Source of the DNA: Acutalibacteraceae bacterium
GTDB lineage: Bacteria > Bacillota > Clostridia > Oscillospirales > Acutalibacteraceae
Reading direction: 5' to 3'
Length of the DNA stretch: 50,676 nucleotides
Assembly: GCA_045647785.1 (NCBI GenBank)
Contig: JAZRMU010000007.1
Location: forward strand, 1-50,676
The translations under genes and the position numbers were made by a program. This document shows positions 27,562 to 36,694 of this stretch, in pieces. Below the pieces are notes generated by a model. It was not told the DNA's origin. It saw nothing but the letters and a program-made list of their open reading frames with translations, and did no database searches. Position 1 is the first letter of the stretch. Each line of letters starts with the position of its first letter.

Positions 27562-28992
27562 ATGAGTTTAAAAAGTTCAAAAAAGGTTGATACCAACAGA
27601 TATCAGCTCGAAATCGCTATTGACGGTGTGAAATTCGGCGAGGCTGTAGAAAAAGCTTACCGTCAGAATGTAAAGAAAATGTCAGTTCCCGGCTTCAGAA
27701 AGGGAAAAGCCCCCCGTAAGTTCATCGAGAAGATGTATGGCGAAGCCGTTTTTTATGAGGATGCTCTTAATATCCTGTATCCCGAGGCTGTTGAGGCTGC
27801 TATCGAGGAGTCAGGTCTCACCTATGTTGACGATAAAATCGATACCGAGGTTGTATCTATCGGTGCTGATGGTGTAGAGTTTAAGGTAACTATCACAGTT
27901 GCTCCCGAAGTAACCGTTGCTGATTATAAGGGAATTAAGGTTGAAAAGCTTGCTGTTAAGGTTGAGGACAGCGAGGTTGAGGACGAGCTTTCTCGTATGG
28001 CCGACCGCAACGCTCGTATGGTAGCAGTTGAAGACAGAGCAGCCAAGCTTGATGATATCACTGTTATTGATTTTGAAGGCTTTATCGATGGTGTTGCTTT
28101 CGATGGCGGCAAGGGTGAGTCCTTCTCCTTAACACTCGGCTCGGGTCAGTTTATCCCCGGCTTTGAGGATCAAATTGTTGGACACAATATCGGCGAGGAA
28201 TTTGATGTTAATGTTGATTTCCCGTCTGATTATCAGGCTGCAGAGCTTGCTGGAAAGCCCGCAGTATTTAAGGTTAAGCTCCATGAAATTAAGGTTCGCG
28301 AGCTTCCCGCTATCGATGATGACTTCGCGAAGGATGTAAGCGAATTTGATACTCTCGATGAATTAAAGGCTGATATCAAGGCTAAAGCACTTGAGAGAAA
28401 GCAGAGAACTGCAGATGAGCAGGTTGAAAACGATATCGTTGATGTTATTGTTGAGGGTATGAAGGCTGAAATTCCTGATGCTATGATTAATAACCGTGTG
28501 GACCAGATGGTGCAGGATTTTGCCTACAGACTTCAGATGCAGGGCATGAATGTTGAAACCTACATTCAGTACACAGGTTCTACTCTTGATGAGTTCAAAG
28601 CAACATTCCGTCCGCAGGCTGAAAAGCAGGTTAAAATGCGTCTTGCTCTTGAAAAGATTGTTGAGCTCGAAAGCATCACCGCAAGCGATGAGGATGTTGA
28701 GGCTCAAATTGCTAAAATGGCTGAAAACTATGGCGTTACTGTTGAGCAGGTTAAGGCTGCAGTTCCCGCAAAGGAAATTGCTAAAGATTTAGCTGTAAAT
28801 AAGGCTATTGACCTTGTAAAAGAGGCAGCAGTAGTTACAGAGGTTGAAAAGAAGAGCGAGAAGAAGCCGGCTGCTAAAAAGCCTGCTGCAAAGAAGACCA
28901 CTACCAAGAAGGCAGAGGGTGAGGCAGCAGAGAAGGCTCCCGCAAAGAAAACCACAACCAAGAAGACAGCAGCAAAAAAGGATGCTGAATAA
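27562..28992 (+). CDS. tig: trigger factor with Lys/Ala-rich C-terminal extension
   Basis: Ribosome-binding motif VPGFRKGKAPRKF and an FKBP-type PPIase core (DFEGFIDGVAFDGGKG...FIPGFEDQIVG). The last 48 aa are KKPAAKK/KKTTTKK repeats. Confidence 0.95.
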   Translation: MSLKSSKKVDTNRYQLEIAIDGVKFGEAVEKAYRQNVKKMSVPGFRKGKAPRKFIEKMYGEAVFYEDALNILYPEAVEAAIEESGLTYVDDKIDTEVVSIGADGVEFKVTITVAPEVTVADYKGIKVEKLAVKVEDSEVEDELSRMADRNARMVAVEDRAAKLDDITVIDFEGFIDGVAFDGGKGESFSLTLGSGQFIPGFEDQIVGHNIGEEFDVNVDFPSDYQAAELAGKPAVFKVKLHEIKVRELPAIDDDFAKDVSEFDTLDELKADIKAKALERKQRTADEQVENDIVDVIVEGMKAEIPDAMINNRVDQMVQDFAYRLQMQGMNVETYIQYTGSTLDEFKATFRPQAEKQVKMRLALEKIVELESITASDEDVEAQIAKMAENYGVTVEQVKAAVPAKEIAKDLAVNKAIDLVKEAAVVTEVEKKSEKKPAAKKPAAKKTTTKKAEGEAAEKAPAKKTTTKKTAAKKDAE

Positions 28993-29061
28993 TTGTTTAT
29001 AATTGAGGCATTCCGTGCATAATTTATACAGTGTATAACACAAATTTCGGAGGTGCAGATT

Positions 29062-29649
29062 ATGGATATGAGTTTTATTCCTTATGTAGTTGAGCAAACA
29101 AGCCGCGGAGAGCGTTCTTATGATATTTTCTCCCGCTTGCTCAATGATAGAATTGTTATGCTGTGTGATGAGGTTAATGATACAACCGCCAGCCTTGTCA
29201 TCGCTCAAATGCTGTTTTTGGAGGCGCAAGACCCCGAAAAGGATATTTGCTTCTATATTAACAGCCCCGGCGGCTCTGTTTCGGCAGGCCTTGCTATCTA
29301 CGATACTATGCAGTACATCAAGTGCGATGTCAGCACAATTTGTATGGGTATGGCTGCGAGCATGGGTGCATTCCTTTTGGCTTCAGGCGCAAAGGGCAAG
29401 CGCTACGCTCTGCCTAACAGCGAGATTATGATTCATCAGCCGCTAGGCGCTGCCAAGGGTCAGGCAACCGATATTCTCATTCACGCAAAGCATATTGAGA
29501 AAACAAGAGAAAAGTTAAATTCTATTCTATCCGAGCGTACAGGTCGCCCGATTGAGGAGATCCGTAAGGATACCGAAAGAGATAACTTTATGTCGGCTGA
29601 CGAAGCCGCGGATTACGGTCTTATTGATAAGGTAATCACCAAAAGATAG
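29062..29649 (+). CDS. clpP: ATP-dependent Clp protease proteolytic subunit
   Basis: The GGAGG at 29049-29053 favours the ATG at 29062. [30 protein letters not shown] (Ser) and MIHQP (His) are present. Confidence 0.95.
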   Translation: MDMSFIPYVVEQTSRGERSYDIFSRLLNDRIVMLCDEVNDTTASLVIAQMLFLEAQDPEKDICFYINSPGGSVSAGLAIYDTMQYIKCDVSTICMGMAASMGAFLLASGAKGKRYALPNSEIMIHQPLGAAKGQATDILIHAKHIEKTREKLNSILSERTGRPIEEIRKDTERDNFMSADEAADYGLIDKVITKR

Positions 29650-29658
29650 GAGACTATA

Positions 29659-30909
29659 ATGTCAACTAAAAAAGAAGATAAGGTTTGCTGCTCGTTCTGC
29701 GGAAAATCGCAGGACGAAGCAGTTCGTCTTATAGAGGGACCGGGCGTTTTTATTTGCGATGGCTGTATTTCCTTTTGCAATTCGCTTTTAACCGAGGATG
29801 ATGAGCTGTTCGCAAAGCCTAAAAAGGGCAAGAAAAATGCTGCCGAGTTTAAAATGCTGAAGCCTGCCGAAATCAAGGAAAAGCTTGATGAGTATGTAAT
29901 AGGGCAGGATGAGGCAAAGAAAACTCTTGCCGTTGCGGTTTATAACCACTATAAGCGAATTTCAAAAAATGTTAATACCGATGTTGAGCTGCAAAAGAGC
30001 AATGTTGTTTTGCTTGGCCCCACAGGTGTCGGCAAAACCCTGCTTGCTCAAACACTCGCTAAAATTATCGATGTTCCGATAGCTATTACCGATGCCACCA
30101 CCTTAACCGAGGCGGGTTATGTCGGCGAGGATGTTGAGAACATTCTGCTTCGCCTTATTCAGGCGGCCGATTTCGATGTTGAAAAGGCGCAGCGTGGTAT
30201 TATCTATGTCGATGAAATAGATAAAATAGGCAGAAAAAGCGAAAACACCTCTATAACCCGCGATGTAAGCGGAGAGGGTGTTCAGCAAGCTCTACTCAAG
30301 ATTTTGGAGGGCACGGTTGCCAATGTTCCGCCGCAGGGTGGTAGAAAGCATCCGCAGCAGGAGCTTATCCCGATTGACACAACCAACATTTTGTTCATCT
30401 GCGCAGGTGCATTTGATGGACTTGATAAGGTTGTTGAGCGCCGCATAGGTGGCAGCAGCTTGGGATTTGGCGCAGAGGTTAAATCCAAGACCGAAGCTAA
30501 GAACGAAATCGCCAACACCCGCGTAACCCCGCAGGATTTGGTGAAGTTCGGTATGATACCCGAGCTTGTAGGTCGTTTGCCCGTTATAACAAGTCTTAAA
30601 GCGCTCGATAAGGAGACCCTTATCAGGATTATGACCGAGCCTAAAAACTCGATTATAAAGCAGTATCAAGCATTATTCCAAATGGATAATGTGGCGCTTG
30701 AATTCGAGCAGGGCGCGCTCGAGGCAGTAGCCGAGCTGGCTATTAAGCGCAATACCGGTGCTCGTGGACTTCGCGCCATTATCGAGAATATTTTAACCGA
30801 CTTGATGTTCGGCACTCCGTCCGACGAAACCATTAATAAAATCACTATCACTGCCGAAACTGTAAATGGCGGTAAAGCAAAAATAACACACACCAAAAAA
30901 GCGGTGTAA
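29659..30909 (+). CDS. clpX: ATP-dependent Clp protease ATP-binding subunit ClpX
   Basis: Zinc finger CSFCGK...CDGC, Walker A GPTGVGKT, and [10 protein letters not shown]. Confidence 0.95.
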   Translation: MSTKKEDKVCCSFCGKSQDEAVRLIEGPGVFICDGCISFCNSLLTEDDELFAKPKKGKKNAAEFKMLKPAEIKEKLDEYVIGQDEAKKTLAVAVYNHYKRISKNVNTDVELQKSNVVLLGPTGVGKTLLAQTLAKIIDVPIAITDATTLTEAGYVGEDVENILLRLIQAADFDVEKAQRGIIYVDEIDKIGRKSENTSITRDVSGEGVQQALLKILEGTVANVPPQGGRKHPQQELIPIDTTNILFICAGAFDGLDKVVERRIGGSSLGFGAEVKSKTEAKNEIANTRVTPQDLVKFGMIPELVGRLPVITSLKALDKETLIRIMTEPKNSIIKQYQALFQMDNVALEFEQGALEAVAELAIKRNTGARGLRAIIENILTDLMFGTPSDETINKITITAETVNGGKAKITHTKKAV

Positions 30910-30915
30910 AAAATA

Positions 30916-30950
30916 AAAGGTAGACACATTTCGGTGTGTCTACCTTTTTA
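30916..30950. terminator. bidirectional terminator (clpX / glycosylase gene)
   Basis: AAAGGTAGACACA pairs with TGTGTCTACCTTT, followed by TT. Confidence 0.85.
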
Positions 30951-30991
30951 TAGTATTAACTCTATAAAATTTTCGCAGCAATATGTATAAT

Positions 30992-31816
30992 TTACTTATT
31001 TTCTCTCGCATAATAGAAAATATATTGCTGGTAAATGCCTGCAAACTCGCTATCTGCCTCGCAGAGCTTGCCACCGAACAACTGCTCAATTGCGCGCTTA
31101 ATCCAAACATCGCGCGGGAAGGCTGAAAGGTGGCCAAGTCCGAAAAGCAGCACACAGTCGGCGACCTTGTTGCCAACACCGTAAATTGATAGCAGCCTTT
31201 CGCGGGCAGTATCCATAGGCATAGCCTTAAGCTCCTCTAAATTGAGCTCTCCGCGCGCTACCTTGCAAGCGGCATCCAATATGTATTTAGCGCGAAAACC
31301 GCTTCTAATCACGCTTAAATCGTCGATAGAAAGGCTAGCTATACGCTCGGCACTCGGAAATGTGTAGCCGCCCTCGACCTTTTCGCCAAAATTTTCGCAA
31401 AGCCTATCAATAATTCCTTTGATTCGGGGAATGTTATTGTTTTGCGAAATTATAAAAGAGCATAGCGCTTCCCATGGGTCTTGGCGCAGAATTCTAATGC
31501 CGCCGCCATATTCGGCAGCGTTTTTGAGTATGGGATTTTCGATTTTTTCGATTATCGCTCTATAGTCGCGACCAAGGTCAAAATAATCATACCAAAATTC
31601 GTAAAATTCTTTCTCGGTTGTGTTGTAAATACGCACGAATTCTGCCGTCTGCTGCAGCTTCAAATAGCGGTTAAGTGCTATTCCTTCCCATATTCCTTCA
31701 CCAATTTCGCTCCATCGAAAAGCCTGCCCACAGTCGAGCGTGGCGGCAAGCGAAATGTTCTCGGGAGAGTAAATATAGGCGCTGTTATTTTTAAATTCAA
31801 AATGCACAAAAATCAT
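30992..31816 (-). CDS. ogg: 8-oxoguanine DNA glycosylase / HhH-GPD family N-glycosylase-lyase
   Basis: The HhH-GPD motif GVGNKVADCVLLFG contains the Ogg1-type Lys. FRAKY is also present. The AAGGA SD abuts the ATG at 31816, so the GTG at 31807 is an alternative start. Confidence 0.8.
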   Translation of the reverse strand: MIFVHFEFKNNSAYIYSPENISLAATLDCGQAFRWSEIGEGIWEGIALNRYLKLQQTAEFVRIYNTTEKEFYEFWYDYFDLGRDYRAIIEKIENPILKNAAEYGGGIRILRQDPWEALCSFIISQNNNIPRIKGIIDRLCENFGEKVEGGYTFPSAERIASLSIDDLSVIRSGFRAKYILDAACKVARGELNLEELKAMPMDTARERLLSIYGVGNKVADCVLLFGLGHLSAFPRDVWIKRAIEQLFGGKLCEADSEFAGIYQQYIFYYARENK

Positions 31817-31832
31817 TCCTTGAAAATTTATG

Positions 31833-31861
31833 TTCCAATTTTACCACATTTGTTGTATAAT
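31833..31861 (+). promoter_or_regulatory. candidate promoter for the Cys-rich gene
   Basis: TTCCAA (31833-31838), a 17-nt spacer, then TATAAT (31856-31861). Confidence 0.45.
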
Positions 31862-31881
31862 AACAAGCGGAGATGATAAAA

Positions 31882-32574
31882 ATGAGAGATGATATTTGCA
31901 CTATACCCGTAAGTGAGGTCTTTGAAGAGGATGATGGTTGTCCGATTTGCAGAATGCGGCGTACTGTTGAAAATCATATCGTTGATTATATAATGGGTGC
32001 TGCCATGATGGAACCCGATGTTCGCATTGAAACAAATAAAACGGGATTTTGCCCCTCACATTATGATATGATGCTGAATCACAAAGGCAGGTTGTCGCTG
32101 GCTTTAATGCTCGAAACGCACCTCGATTTTATAAACGAGGACGTGCTTAATTTCAAGCTTTTTGAAACAAAAAAGAAGAAGGCGGAAAAAGCAGGGAATA
32201 TATACGATAAATGCTTTGTTTGCGATAAAATTAATTGGGGTATGGAGCGTATGATAGATACCCTTTACCGCTGCTATGAAACCGAGCGCGATTTTAGAAA
32301 TATGTTTGATAATCAGTCTATGTTCTGTATTCCGCATTATGAATTGCTTGTGGGCGGCGCTAATAAGCGCAATATGCCAAAATACCATAGCGAGTTTGTG
32401 AAATCTATTACTGAAACGGTTAAAAAGTGCAGCAAAGCGCTTTCAAAGGATGTTAAAAACTACTGCAAGGTGTATAGCTATCAGAATAATAAGGATAATT
32501 GCGATTGGGAAAATGCCAAGGATTCTGTTGAGCGTTCTATAGCATTTTTAACGGGCAGAATTGTGGAAAAGTAG
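31882..32574 (+). CDS. hypothetical Cys-rich protein with duplicated CxxC...CxxHY module
   Basis: GGAG lies 9 nt before the ATG at 31882. Two copies of the pattern are present: CPICRMR...FCPSHYDMML and CFVCDKI...FCIPHYELLV. Family not assigned with confidence. Confidence 0.55.
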   Translation: MRDDICTIPVSEVFEEDDGCPICRMRRTVENHIVDYIMGAAMMEPDVRIETNKTGFCPSHYDMMLNHKGRLSLALMLETHLDFINEDVLNFKLFETKKKKAEKAGNIYDKCFVCDKINWGMERMIDTLYRCYETERDFRNMFDNQSMFCIPHYELLVGGANKRNMPKYHSEFVKSITETVKKCSKALSKDVKNYCKVYSYQNNKDNCDWENAKDSVERSIAFLTGRIVEK

Positions 32575-32720
32575 GTTGCCGAACTTTACATAATATGGCA
32601 AAAAATGTCGAAGTGGATAACTTTTGCCGCTAAAACAAAGGGTTTTCCCACTTTTCCACCGAGTTATCAACTTTTTTATGTAAACCTGAATATTATTTTC
32701 GCTTTCCGTCTAAAATATTT

Positions 32721-33011
32721 TTGAAAGGCGGATTGAGGCTTTTGATAAAAGGTGTTAATAAAACAGTAATCGAGGTAAGCGACACGGGTTGCGAAGCATT
32801 CGAGCGAGTTGTTTTGTATGTGCGACCGCAGTATGCTGCTAACAATGAAAGGGCTCTTAAACAAAAGGCAGATGCCATTATCAAAAAATATTCGGCAGAG
32901 GATTATACTTTTTTGGATTATCAGGCGCCGCCCTCCTCAAAAAAAACGCTTTTTATGATTTGTGGCATTATGCTGCTTGTCGCTATAGGCGTTTTAGTCG
33001 CGATATTTTAA
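32721..33011 (+). CDS. small hypothetical protein with C-terminal TM anchor (about 90 aa)
   Basis: TTG start at 32721 or 32742. The soluble N-terminal region (VIEVSDTGCEAFERVVLYVRPQ) is followed by LFMICGIMLLVAIGVLVAIF at the very C-terminus. It has its own terminator at 33029-33060. Confidence 0.45.
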   Translation: MKGGLRLLIKGVNKTVIEVSDTGCEAFERVVLYVRPQYAANNERALKQKADAIIKKYSAEDYTFLDYQAPPSSKKTLFMICGIMLLVAIGVLVAIF

Positions 33012-33028
33012 CTAATTGTAAATTAAAG

Positions 33029-33060
33029 GCAAGTAATGTAACAATTACTTGCTTTTTTCT
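33029..33060 (+). terminator. rho-independent terminator after the small tail-anchored ORF
   Basis: GCAAGTAAT pairs with ATTACTTGC across a 6-nt loop, followed by TTTTTT. Confidence 0.8.
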
Positions 33061-33096
33061 TTGCTATATTATATAATCTTATGCAGGAGTGATTTT

Positions 33097-33825
33097 ATGG
33101 AAAAAAGTAATAAATCGGCAGCTGTCGGCTGCGCGATAAGGTATATTATAACCGCGCTTTTAACATTCTTTATATATCTTTCGGTAACCGTTGTTTTTGT
33201 AGGCTTGTTTTATCAGAATGTAGGCTACACGGTTTATAAAATTGAGAACGAAAAATCTGTAGAGCTCTACCGCTATTTCTATAGCGAGGGCGAGGATACG
33301 AAATTTGCTGAGTATGAGCAGCAGGGATTAGAGCTGCAAAAGGTTGAAACCCCCGCGCAGCTTTCAGGCACTCCTAAAGTTGTTGCCGATGTTATAACTC
33401 AAACTGCCGGCCTTGTAATAGTCTTTGCCTTTGTGTATGCGTCTCTTTGGAAAATGGGCGCATCGGACAGCAACCTCGAAGCTGTTGGCACTATAGTTGC
33501 GGATAGGTGGCGCGGACTTAAAATCGGTCTTTTGGCAAATATCCCGTTATATATTGCCTTTATTATTTTTGTGGTTGCCCGAATAGGTATTATACCGGGT
33601 AGCTGGTATGCGCTTTTCCGTTTTATCAATTTCCCTGTATTTTCTTTAATAAACGCGCTGTACGGTCAGGCAACCTCAACGGCTGTCGGTATCGGCTGGG
33701 GAAGGGTGGCAGCAGGTATGCTTACCTTTTTAACACTTCCTCTCTTTGCTCAAATTTCCTATACGCTGGGCTTTAATCGTATTAACATCAGCGAAAAGAT
33801 TATTTATAAAAGCAATAAAAAGTAG
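33097..33825 (+). CDS. hypothetical polytopic membrane protein
   Basis: AGGAG SD. About 5 hydrophobic segments. No family recognised. Confidence 0.55.
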   Translation: MEKSNKSAAVGCAIRYIITALLTFFIYLSVTVVFVGLFYQNVGYTVYKIENEKSVELYRYFYSEGEDTKFAEYEQQGLELQKVETPAQLSGTPKVVADVITQTAGLVIVFAFVYASLWKMGASDSNLEAVGTIVADRWRGLKIGLLANIPLYIAFIIFVVARIGIIPGSWYALFRFINFPVFSLINALYGQATSTAVGIGWGRVAAGMLTFLTLPLFAQISYTLGFNRINISEKIIYKSNKK

Positions 33826-33833
33826 GTGTGAAA

Positions 33834-34640
33834 ATGGCTGGTTTATTCGGCGGATTTTTTAATTACGATAAAGAGGGACCGGGCGTTGAAAAGAATGCCC
33901 CTAAAAAGGATGGGTTTATAGTATTTTTTGAAATATATTTTAAAAATTTCTGGAAATTGACTATATCATCGTTTTGGTTTTTGCTGCTATCGGCTCCCGT
34001 TATAACCTCGGGACTTGCTGCTGCAGGCTTTACAAATGTTGTTCGCAATATGGCGCTTGACCGCCACTCATTTGGTACAAGCGACTTCTTTTCAACTATC
34101 ACTAAAAATTGGAAGCAGGCGCTGCCGGCAGGCATTATAAACGCAATTATATTCTTTATTCTTGTGGGAGATATTTTGTTTTTTTATAATGCTACGCAGG
34201 GCGTCGGAATGCTGCTTGGTATCGCAGTAGTTTTAACTGTGTTGCTGATTTTTATTATGATGCAGTTTTATATGTGGACTATTCTTATAACCTTTAAGCT
34301 GAAGCTAAAACAAATTTATATTAACAGCTTTAAGTTTGCACTTATCGGTCTCAAAAGAAATTTCCTTGTGATTTTACTGTCGCTGTTAGTATATGCCGCG
34401 ATTTTTGCACTGTTCCTTGTGGGAAAGAATATTATAGCGCTTGTCGCAACGCTTATTTTTGTATTTGCCTTGCCGGGCTTTCAGTTCCTGCTTATACAGT
34501 TCAACATTTTTGAGAATATTAAAAAGTATATGATTATTCCGTATTATAACGACCATCCGGACGAGGATATTGACCTTCGCAGAAGTATGGGAATATATGA
34601 GGAAGAAAGCGAATCTGTGAATATAGAGGATTTAATATAA
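33834..34640 (+). CDS. YesL/DUF624-like integral membrane protein
   Basis: N-terminus FFNYDKEGPGVEKNAPKKDGFIVFFEIYFKNFWKLTISSFWF followed by about 5 TM segments. This resembles the YesL family. Confidence 0.6.
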   Translation: MAGLFGGFFNYDKEGPGVEKNAPKKDGFIVFFEIYFKNFWKLTISSFWFLLLSAPVITSGLAAAGFTNVVRNMALDRHSFGTSDFFSTITKNWKQALPAGIINAIIFFILVGDILFFYNATQGVGMLLGIAVVLTVLLIFIMMQFYMWTILITFKLKLKQIYINSFKFALIGLKRNFLVILLSLLVYAAIFALFLVGKNIIALVATLIFVFALPGFQFLLIQFNIFENIKKYMIIPYYNDHPDEDIDLRRSMGIYEEESESVNIEDLI

Positions 34641-34646
34641 AAAAAC

Positions 34647-34673
34647 AAAGCCGTCTTGAAAGACGGCTTTTAT
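34647..34673 (+). terminator. rho-independent terminator after the membrane-protein pair
   Basis: AAAGCCGTCT pairs with AGACGGCTTT across a TGAA loop, with a short T-run. Confidence 0.7.
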
Positions 34674-34770
34674 ATTATGGGGCAAATATCGGTAATCTGT
34701 GGATAGACCATGGCTATCGCCGATAATGCAGGATATCCTATCAAACGCCCCTGCATTATTATATGATGCA

Positions 34771-35634
34771 TTAAGCAATTGGTGATTTTCTGATGAACAG
34801 AACACCTAAAGTATCTTTGCCGCAGTGCGAAGAAATAGTGCAGCCCGCTCTTGTTACAAACACCTCTTTGAAGGGTAGGGTGTTTTTAACTATCTCTATT
34901 ACAGCATTTACGATTTCATCATCGCAACCTGCGTGGGTAATGAATACGCGATCTAAATCAATTTCACCGCCTGTAGTTAGACGTTCAGCAGCATATTCCT
35001 TAACAACATCAAGGTATTTGCCACGATATTTCTTCTCAACGCCCATTTTGCCGGACTTAACGGTTATGCAGGGCTTTAGTTTTAAAAGGTTTGCGCCGAA
35101 TGCCGCAACAGCAGAGCAGCGACCGCCCTTGTGCAGATATTCAAGGTTATCAATAACGAAAGAAGCATCAACATTGTCAGCAAGCGCTCTTACCTTGTCA
35201 GCAATTTCATTAGCTTCCATACCATTTGCTGCCATTTCGGCTGCGGCTATTACTAAAAGACCGCCACCGGTTGATAGATTTTTTGTATCGATGACATAAA
35301 CATCATCAAAATCCTCTGCAGCTATGCAGCAATTTTGATAGGTTGATGACATTTCCGAGCTGATAGTAAAGTGGATAACAGTGTTTCCGTCTTTAGTATA
35401 CTTTTCAAAGAATTCTTCAGCAGTGGGAATATTAACTGCCGAGGTTTTGGGCAGCTCGCCTGTTTTTGAATGATAATCGTAAATATAGTTTGCATCAATG
35501 TCAACACCATCAGTATAGGTTTTGTCCCCTAAAGTTACAAGCAAGGGGAGAATACCAATGTTGTATCTCTCGATTAACTCACGGCTTAAATCAGTTGTAC
35601 TGTCAGAAGTAATAATAATTTTTTTAGAATTCAT
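34771..35634 (-). CDS. DegV family fatty-acid-binding protein
   Basis: GGAGGT SD. MNSKKIIITSDSTTDL and the TSAVNIPT context. Typical DegV length. Confidence 0.9.
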   Translation of the reverse strand: MNSKKIIITSDSTTDLSRELIERYNIGILPLLVTLGDKTYTDGVDIDANYIYDYHSKTGELPKTSAVNIPTAEEFFEKYTKDGNTVIHFTISSEMSSTYQNCCIAAEDFDDVYVIDTKNLSTGGGLLVIAAAEMAANGMEANEIADKVRALADNVDASFVIDNLEYLHKGGRCSAVAAFGANLLKLKPCITVKSGKMGVEKKYRGKYLDVVKEYAAERLTTGGEIDLDRVFITHAGCDDEIVNAVIEIVKNTLPFKEVFVTRAGCTISSHCGKDTLGVLFIRKSPIA

Positions 35635-35753
35635 AGTTAAACCTCCGTTCAAACTTGGCATTATTATATCATAAATTTTAAAATTTTACAAGATATATTT
35701 TCATTTGACAAAATAGTCAATTTATAATAGAATAGAAAAGAAAAGGTGATTTG

Positions 35754-36668
35754 ATGAATTGGACAGAACTTTGCATAACCGTTAAAAATGAGCAAACAGA
35801 TATCGCTGCAAACATTTGCAATATGGCGCTGCGCTCGGGAATCTATGTTGAGGATTATTCTGATTTGGAGCAGGGCGCAAGGGAAATCGCGCATATCGAT
35901 TTAATCGATGAGGAATTACTTGCCAAAAATCGCGATATATCCGTAATTCATATATATTTTTCCGAGGAGGATAATATTTCTGAAGCCCTTGATTATTTAG
36001 AGCAAACCTTAAAGGCTGCAGGTGTGGAATTTTCTCTTTCAAAAAATGATATGAAGGATACTGATTGGGCCGATAATTGGAAAAAATATTTTAAAGTAAC
36101 CGAAATCGGCGATAAATTAGTTATCTGCCCAAGCTGGGAGGAATATGATAATCGGGAGAAGGCTGTGCTTCGTATAGACCCGGGTGCTGCTTTCGGTACA
36201 GGAACTCACGCTACAACCTCGCTTTGTTTAGAGCTTTTGGAAAAATATACAAAGGTCGGCGATACAGTGCTTGATGTTGGCTGCGGAAGCGGTATCTTAA
36301 GCATTGCCGCTTGCTTGCTTGGCGCCGACAGTGCTATCGGAGTTGATATAGATCCAACTTCAGTCAAGGTTGCAAAAGAAAACGCCCTGATGAACAATGT
36401 TGAAAACAAAACGGAATATATTGTCGGAAACCTTGCAGAAAAGGTGAATGGCAGGTATAATATAGTTTGTGCAAACATCGTAGCCGATATTATTATCGAG
36501 CTTACAGCAAATATTGCTAATTATTTTGAACAGGGCGCTATTTATATCACATCGGGTATCATTGATATCAGAGTAGATGAGGTGCGTTCAGCATTTGCGA
36601 ATGCCGGTCTTACTATACTTGACGAATATAAAAAGGAAAATTGGTACGCTTTTGCATTGACTAAATAA
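35754..36668 (+). CDS. prmA: ribosomal protein L11 methyltransferase
   Basis: MNWTELCITV, FGTGTHATT, and the SAM motif VLDVGCGSGILSIAA. Confidence 0.9.
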   Translation: MNWTELCITVKNEQTDIAANICNMALRSGIYVEDYSDLEQGAREIAHIDLIDEELLAKNRDISVIHIYFSEEDNISEALDYLEQTLKAAGVEFSLSKNDMKDTDWADNWKKYFKVTEIGDKLVICPSWEEYDNREKAVLRIDPGAAFGTGTHATTSLCLELLEKYTKVGDTVLDVGCGSGILSIAACLLGADSAIGVDIDPTSVKVAKENALMNNVENKTEYIVGNLAEKVNGRYNIVCANIVADIIIELTANIANYFEQGAIYITSGIIDIRVDEVRSAFANAGLTILDEYKKENWYAFALTK

Positions 36669-36694
36669 TTTTATACCCTTTTAGGAGATAATTA

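Noticed and set aside
28993-29061. Search for CtsR (GGTCAAA repeats) or CIRCE operators upstream of clpP
   Set aside because: Neither motif is present. Only a short TATAC-AGT-GTATA palindrome is seen, and it is too small to interpret.
34711-34767. Mini-ORF MAIADNAGYPIKRPCIII and a 10-bp inverted repeat (ATAATGCAGG/CCTGCATTAT) downstream of degV
   Set aside because: The mini-ORF has no SD. The hairpin has a 17-nt loop and no U-run on either strand. At best it is a weak degV terminator, not enough to call a feature.
35705-35728. TTGACA and TATAAT hexamers upstream of prmA
   Set aside because: The spacer is only 12 nt, which is incompatible with a functional sigma-A promoter as drawn.
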